52,158 nt of DNA from the NCBI GenBank assembly GCA_947589125.1, contig CANPZZ010000001.1, forward strand, positions 1 through 52,158. Direction: 5' to 3'. The translations under genes were made by a program, and so were the position numbers. Below are positions 47,982-52,158 of this stretch, piece by piece. Origin of the DNA: an uncultured Lachnospiraceae bacterium. Lineage in GTDB: Bacteria; Bacillota; Clostridia; Lachnospirales; Lachnospiraceae. Position 1 is the first letter of the stretch. The number at the start of each line of letters is the position of its first letter. Under the pieces are notes generated by a model, which was not told the origin of the DNA, did not search any database, and saw nothing but the letters and a program-made list of their open reading frames with translations.

Positions 47982-50900
47982 ATGAGTGTGCGAGAGGAGA
48001 AGCTGCCGGGACTCTACGATCCCCGATTCGAACACGATAACTGCGGCATTGGCGCCGTGGTGAACGTGAAGGGCGTAAAGTCCCGCCAGACCGTGGAGCA
48101 GGCGCTCCATATCGTGGAGAATCTGGAGCACCGGGCCGGACGAGACGCCGAGGGCAAGACCGGCGACGGCGTGGGGATCATGCTGCAGATATCCCATAAG
48201 TTTTTTAAGAAGGTGACGAAGCCTCTGGGCTTCGAACTGGGCGAAGAGAGGGAGTACGGCATCGGGATGTTCTTCTTCCCGCAGGATATGCTGGCCCGCA
48301 ATCAGGCCATGAAGATGTTCGAGATCATTGTAAAGAAGGAAGGTCTTAAGTTCCTGGGCTGGCGCGAGGTGCCCATCCATCCGGAACTGATCGGCGCCAG
48401 GGCCGTGGAGAAGATGCCGTGCATCGTCCAGGGCTTTGTGAAGAAGCCGGCGGAACTGGAGAAGGGCCTGCCCTTCGACCGCCGCCTCTACGTGGTGCGC
48501 CGCGTCTTCGAGCAGAGCAACGACAATACTTACGTGGTGTCCCTAAGCAGCCGGACCATTGTCTATAAGGGAATGTTTTTGGTAAAGGAGCTGCGGCGTT
48601 TCTTCCCGGATCTGCAGGATAAGGATTACGAGGCGGCCATGGCCATGGTCCATTCCCGGTTCAGCACCAACACGAACCCAAGCTGGATGCGCGCCCATCC
48701 CAACCGAATCATCGTCCATAACGGCGAGATCAACACGATCCGCGGCAACGTGGACAAGATGCTGGCCCGCGAGGAGACCATGGAGACCGAGTATTTCAAA
48801 TCCGAAATGCACAAGGTCCTGCCCATCATCAACCAGGAGGGTTCCGATTCGGCCATGCTGGACAACGCCCTGGAGTTCATGATGATGAGCGGAATGGATC
48901 TGCCGCTGGCGGTCATGGCCATGATCCCGGCGCCCTGGAGCCACGACAAGTCCATGCCCCAGGAGATCAAGGATTTCTATCATTACTATTCGACGATGAT
49001 GGAGCCGTGGGACGGCCCGGCGTCCATCGTATTCTGCGACGGCGATCTTCTGGGCGCGGTGCTGGACCGCAACGGACTGCGGCCGTCCCGCTACTATATC
49101 ACCGACGACGACCAGGTGATCCTGGCTTCCGAGGTGGGAGCCATCGATATCGCCCAGGAGCACGTCATTAAGAAGGACCGTCTGCGTCCCGGACGGATGC
49201 TTCTGATCGACACGGTGAAGGGCAAGATCGTCCAGGACGACGAGCTGAAGGAATATTACGCGTCCCGCAACCCCTACGGCCAGTGGCTGGATTCCAATCT
49301 GGTGGATATGTCCGACCTGTCCATTCCGAATGTGGCCGTGCCGAAGATGAGCGGCAAGGAGAGGGCGCGGCTCCAGAAAACCTACGGCTATACCTACGAG
49401 CAGTTTAAGACCATGATCCTGCCGATGGCGCAGACCGGCGCGGAGCCGGCGTCGGCCATGGGCTGTGACAGCCCGCTGGCGGTTCTCTCGAAGATGCACC
49501 AGCCGCTGTTCAACTATTTTAAGCAGCTGTTCGCCCAGGTGACCAATCCGCCCATCGACGCGATCCGGGAGGAGATCGTTACCTCCACGACGGTGTATGT
49601 GGGCTCTGACGGCAACCTCCTGGAGGAGAAGCCGGAGAACTGCAAGATCCTTCAGGTGAACAATCCGATCCTGACCGAAACGGATCTTTTGAAGATCAAA
49701 TACATGAAGAAGCCGGGATTCAAGGTAGAAGTGATCCCGATCACCTATTACAAAAATACGTCCCTGGCCAAGGCCATCGACCGCCTGTTCCTGGAGGTGG
49801 ACCGGGCCCACCGGGACGGCGCCAATATCATCATTCTGTCCGATAGGGACATTGACGAGAACCATGTGCCGATCCCGTCCCTGCTGGCTGTGTCCGCACT
49901 GCAGCAGCATCTGGTGACGACGAAGAAGCGCACCAGCGTGGCGCTGATCCTGGAGAGCGGCGAGCCCAGGGAGGTGCATCATTTCGCCACGCTTCTGGGT
50001 TACGGCGCCTGCGCGGTCAATCCGTACCTGGCTCACGAGACCATCAGCTATCTGATCGAGACGGGGATGCTTAAGAAAGATTATTACGCGGCGGTGAACG
50101 ACTACAACTCCGCGGTGCTTCACGGCATTGTGAAGATCGCCTCGAAAATGGGCATTTCCACGATCCAGTCCTATCAGGGGGCGCAGATCTTCGAGGCTAT
50201 CGGCATTTCAAAGGAGGTTATTGACAAATATTTCACCAACACGGTCAGCCGCGTGGGCGGCATATCGCTTGCCGATATCGCCCGCGACGTGGATGTGCTC
50301 CACTCGGCGGCCTTCGACCCGCTGGGGCTGGATGTGGATCTGACGCTGGACAGCGTGGGCAGCCACAAGATGCGCTCCGGGCAGGAAGAGCATCTGTACA
50401 ATCCGCTGACGATCCATCTGCTTCAGGAGGCGGCCCGTACCGGCAGTTACGAGACGTTTAAGGCCTACAGCCATGCCCTGACGGAAGAAGGTCAGGCGGT
50501 GAACCTGCGAAGCCTTCTGGATTTCAAATTCGATGAGAAGGGCGGCGTTCCCATCGACGAGGTGGAGAGCGTGGATTCCATCGTGAAGCGCTTTAAGACC
50601 GGCGCCATGTCCTACGGCTCCATTTCCCAGGAGGCCCATGAGACCCTGGCGATCGCGATGAACCGAATCGGCGGCAAGTCCAACAGCGGCGAGGGCGGCG
50701 AGAGCCTGGAGCGGCTGGTACCGCAGCCCGACGATTACAATAAATGCTCCGCGATCAAGCAGGTGGCTTCGGGACGTTTCGGCGTTACCTCCCGTTACCT
50801 GGTGAGCGCCAAGGAGATCCAGATCAAGATGGCCCAGGGCGCCAAGCCCGGCGAGGGCGGCCAGCTGCCCGGCGGTAAGGTGTATCCGTGGATTGCTAAG

Positions 50901-52158
50901 ACCAGGCATTCCACCACAGGCGTCAGCCTGATCTCTCCGCCGCCGCACCATGACATTTATTCCATCGAGGATCTGGCGCAGCTGATCTACGATCTGAAGA
51001 ACTCAAACCGGGACGCCCGGATCTCCGTCAAGCTGGTCAGTGAGGCCGGCGTCGGGACCGTAGCGGCCGGCGTAGCAAAGGCCGGGGCCCAGGTGATACT
51101 GGTATCCTCCTACGACGGCGGCACCGGCGCGGCTCCCCGCAACTCCATTTACAACGCGGGACTTCCCTGGGAGCTGGGCATCGCGGAGGCGCACCAGACG
51201 CTGATCATGAACGGCCTGCGGGACAAGGTGATCCTGGAGACCGACGGCAAGCTGATGACCGGCCGGGACGTGGCTATCGCCTGTATGCTGGGCGCGGAAG
51301 AATTCGGCTTCGCGACAGCGCCCCTTGTCACCATGGGCTGCGTGATGATGCGCGTCTGCAATCTGGACACCTGCCCGGTGGGCGTGGCGACCCAGAATCC
51401 GGAGCTGCGCAAGCGCTTTAAGGGAAAACCGGAATATGTGATCAATTTCATGCATTTCGTGGCGCAGGAGCTGCGGGAATATATGGCGAAGCTGGGCGTG
51501 CGCACTGTCGATGAGCTGGTAGGACGCACCGATCTTCTGAAGAAGAAAGAGCATCTGCCTTCCGAGCGGGCGGCCAGCGTGGACATGACCAACATCCTGG
51601 GCAATCCCTACACGGGGATGAAGCTGGCGGGCTACAGGGCGAAGCAGCAGTTCGATTTCAGGTTAAATGAGACCATCGACGAGAATATTTTCTTAAAGAA
51701 GCTGGGACGGGCGCTGGCGGACGGACAGAAGAAGGGACTTCAGATCGACGTCTCCAACGTGAACCGGACCCTGGGAACCATCTTCGGGTCGGAGATCACA
51801 AAGCAGTACCCGGACGGACTGCCGGAGGACTCCTTCACGATCCTCTGCAACGGAAGCGGCGGCCAGAGCTTCGGCGCGTTCATCCCGAAGGGGCTGACGC
51901 TGGAGCTGTCCGGCGACAGCAACGACTACTTCGGCAAGGGCCTGTCCGGCGGCAAGCTGATTGTTTATCCGCCTACCGGCGTTCCGTTTAAGGCCGAGGA
52001 GAACATCATCATCGGCAACGTGGCCCTCTACGGCGCCACCAGCGGCAAGGCGTTTATTAACGGCGTCGCCGGCGAGCGTTTCTGCGTCCGCAATTCCGGC
52101 GCGACGGCTGTCGTGGAAGGCGTGGGAGACCACGGCTGCGAGTACATGACCGGCGGCC
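47982..52158 (+). CDS. gltB: Glutamate synthase large subunit, 3'-truncated (absent from the ORF track because it has no stop codon in the window)
   Basis: EHDNCGIG (catalytic Cys), HSRFSTNT, HNGEINT, EPWDGP, AMSYGSIS, QGAKPGEGG and DHGCEYMTGG. Confidence 0.97.
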   Translation, partial: MSVREEKLPGLYDPRFEHDNCGIGAVVNVKGVKSRQTVEQALHIVENLEHRAGRDAEGKTGDGVGIMLQISHKFFKKVTKPLGFELGEEREYGIGMFFFPQDMLARNQAMKMFEIIVKKEGLKFLGWREVPIHPELIGARAVEKMPCIVQGFVKKPAELEKGLPFDRRLYVVRRVFEQSNDNTYVVSLSSRTIVYKGMFLVKELRRFFPDLQDKDYEAAMAMVHSRFSTNTNPSWMRAHPNRIIVHNGEINTIRGNVDKMLAREETMETEYFKSEMHKVLPIINQEGSDSAMLDNALEFMMMSGMDLPLAVMAMIPAPWSHDKSMPQEIKDFYHYYSTMMEPWDGPASIVFCDGDLLGAVLDRNGLRPSRYYITDDDQVILASEVGAIDIAQEHVIKKDRLRPGRMLLIDTVKGKIVQDDELKEYYASRNPYGQWLDSNLVDMSDLSIPNVAVPKMSGKERARLQKTYGYTYEQFKTMILPMAQTGAEPASAMGCDSPLAVLSKMHQPLFNYFKQLFAQVTNPPIDAIREEIVTSTTVYVGSDGNLLEEKPENCKILQVNNPILTETDLLKIKYMKKPGFKVEVIPITYYKNTSLAKAIDRLFLEVDRAHRDGANIIILSDRDIDENHVPIPSLLAVSALQQHLVTTKKRTSVALILESGEPREVHHFATLLGYGACAVNPYLAHETISYLIETGMLKKDYYAAVNDYNSAVLHGIVKIASKMGISTIQSYQGAQIFEAIGISKEVIDKYFTNTVSRVGGISLADIARDVDVLHSAAFDPLGLDVDLTLDSVGSHKMRSGQEEHLYNPLTIHLLQEAARTGSYETFKAYSHALTEEGQAVNLRSLLDFKFDEKGGVPIDEVESVDSIVKRFKTGAMSYGSISQEAHETLAIAMNRIGGKSNSGEGGESLERLVPQPDDYNKCSAIKQVASGRFGVTSRYLVSAKEIQIKMAQGAKPGEGGQLPGGKVYPWIAKTRHSTTGVSLISPPPHHDIYSIEDLAQLIYDLKNSNRDARISVKLVSEAGVGTVAAGVAKAGAQVILVSSYDGGTGAAPRNSIYNAGLPWELGIAEAHQTLIMNGLRDKVILETDGKLMTGRDVAIACMLGAEEFGFATAPLVTMGCVMMRVCNLDTCPVGVATQNPELRKRFKGKPEYVINFMHFVAQELREYMAKLGVRTVDELVGRTDLLKKKEHLPSERAASVDMTNILGNPYTGMKLAGYRAKQQFDFRLNETIDENIFLKKLGRALADGQKKGLQIDVSNVNRTLGTIFGSEITKQYPDGLPEDSFTILCNGSGGQSFGAFIPKGLTLELSGDSNDYFGKGLSGGKLIVYPPTGVPFKAEENIIIGNVALYGATSGKAFINGVAGERFCVRNSGATAVVEGVGDHGCEYMTGG

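Overview
GC-rich chromosomal segment of a spore-forming Clostridia bacterium, probably Lachnospiraceae (inferred from gene content). It is mostly housekeeping genes: ppk2/pap (5'-truncated), HI0933 flavoprotein, cmk, an ispH-rpsA fusion, a PadR-DUF1700-DUF4097-PspC envelope-stress cluster, a csoR-HMA-copA copper operon, dut, hflX, nrdD, tRNA-Val(CAC), trpS, a D,D-carboxypeptidase, scpAB, glgCD, a barnase-like lipoprotein with barstar, Rrf2, nadE, argF, birA, mutY, an rpoD-like sigma factor, queH, HPr and gltB (3'-truncated). I saw no transposase, integrase, phage gene or CRISPR array. The most striking feature is non-coding, at 6201-7000: two ~255-270-nt elements in opposite orientation. Their stems have largely different sequences but the same fold, with conserved linkers, compensatory changes and tandem G.A motifs, and they flank a ~40-bp tandem array. 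Also notable: a 39-bp hairpin repeat that recurs 20 kb away, a structured rpoD-queH spacer, a probable internal promoter and start for S1 inside ispH-rpsA, and in-frame low-complexity insertions in many enzymes. All calls come from reading motifs by eye; no database search was run.
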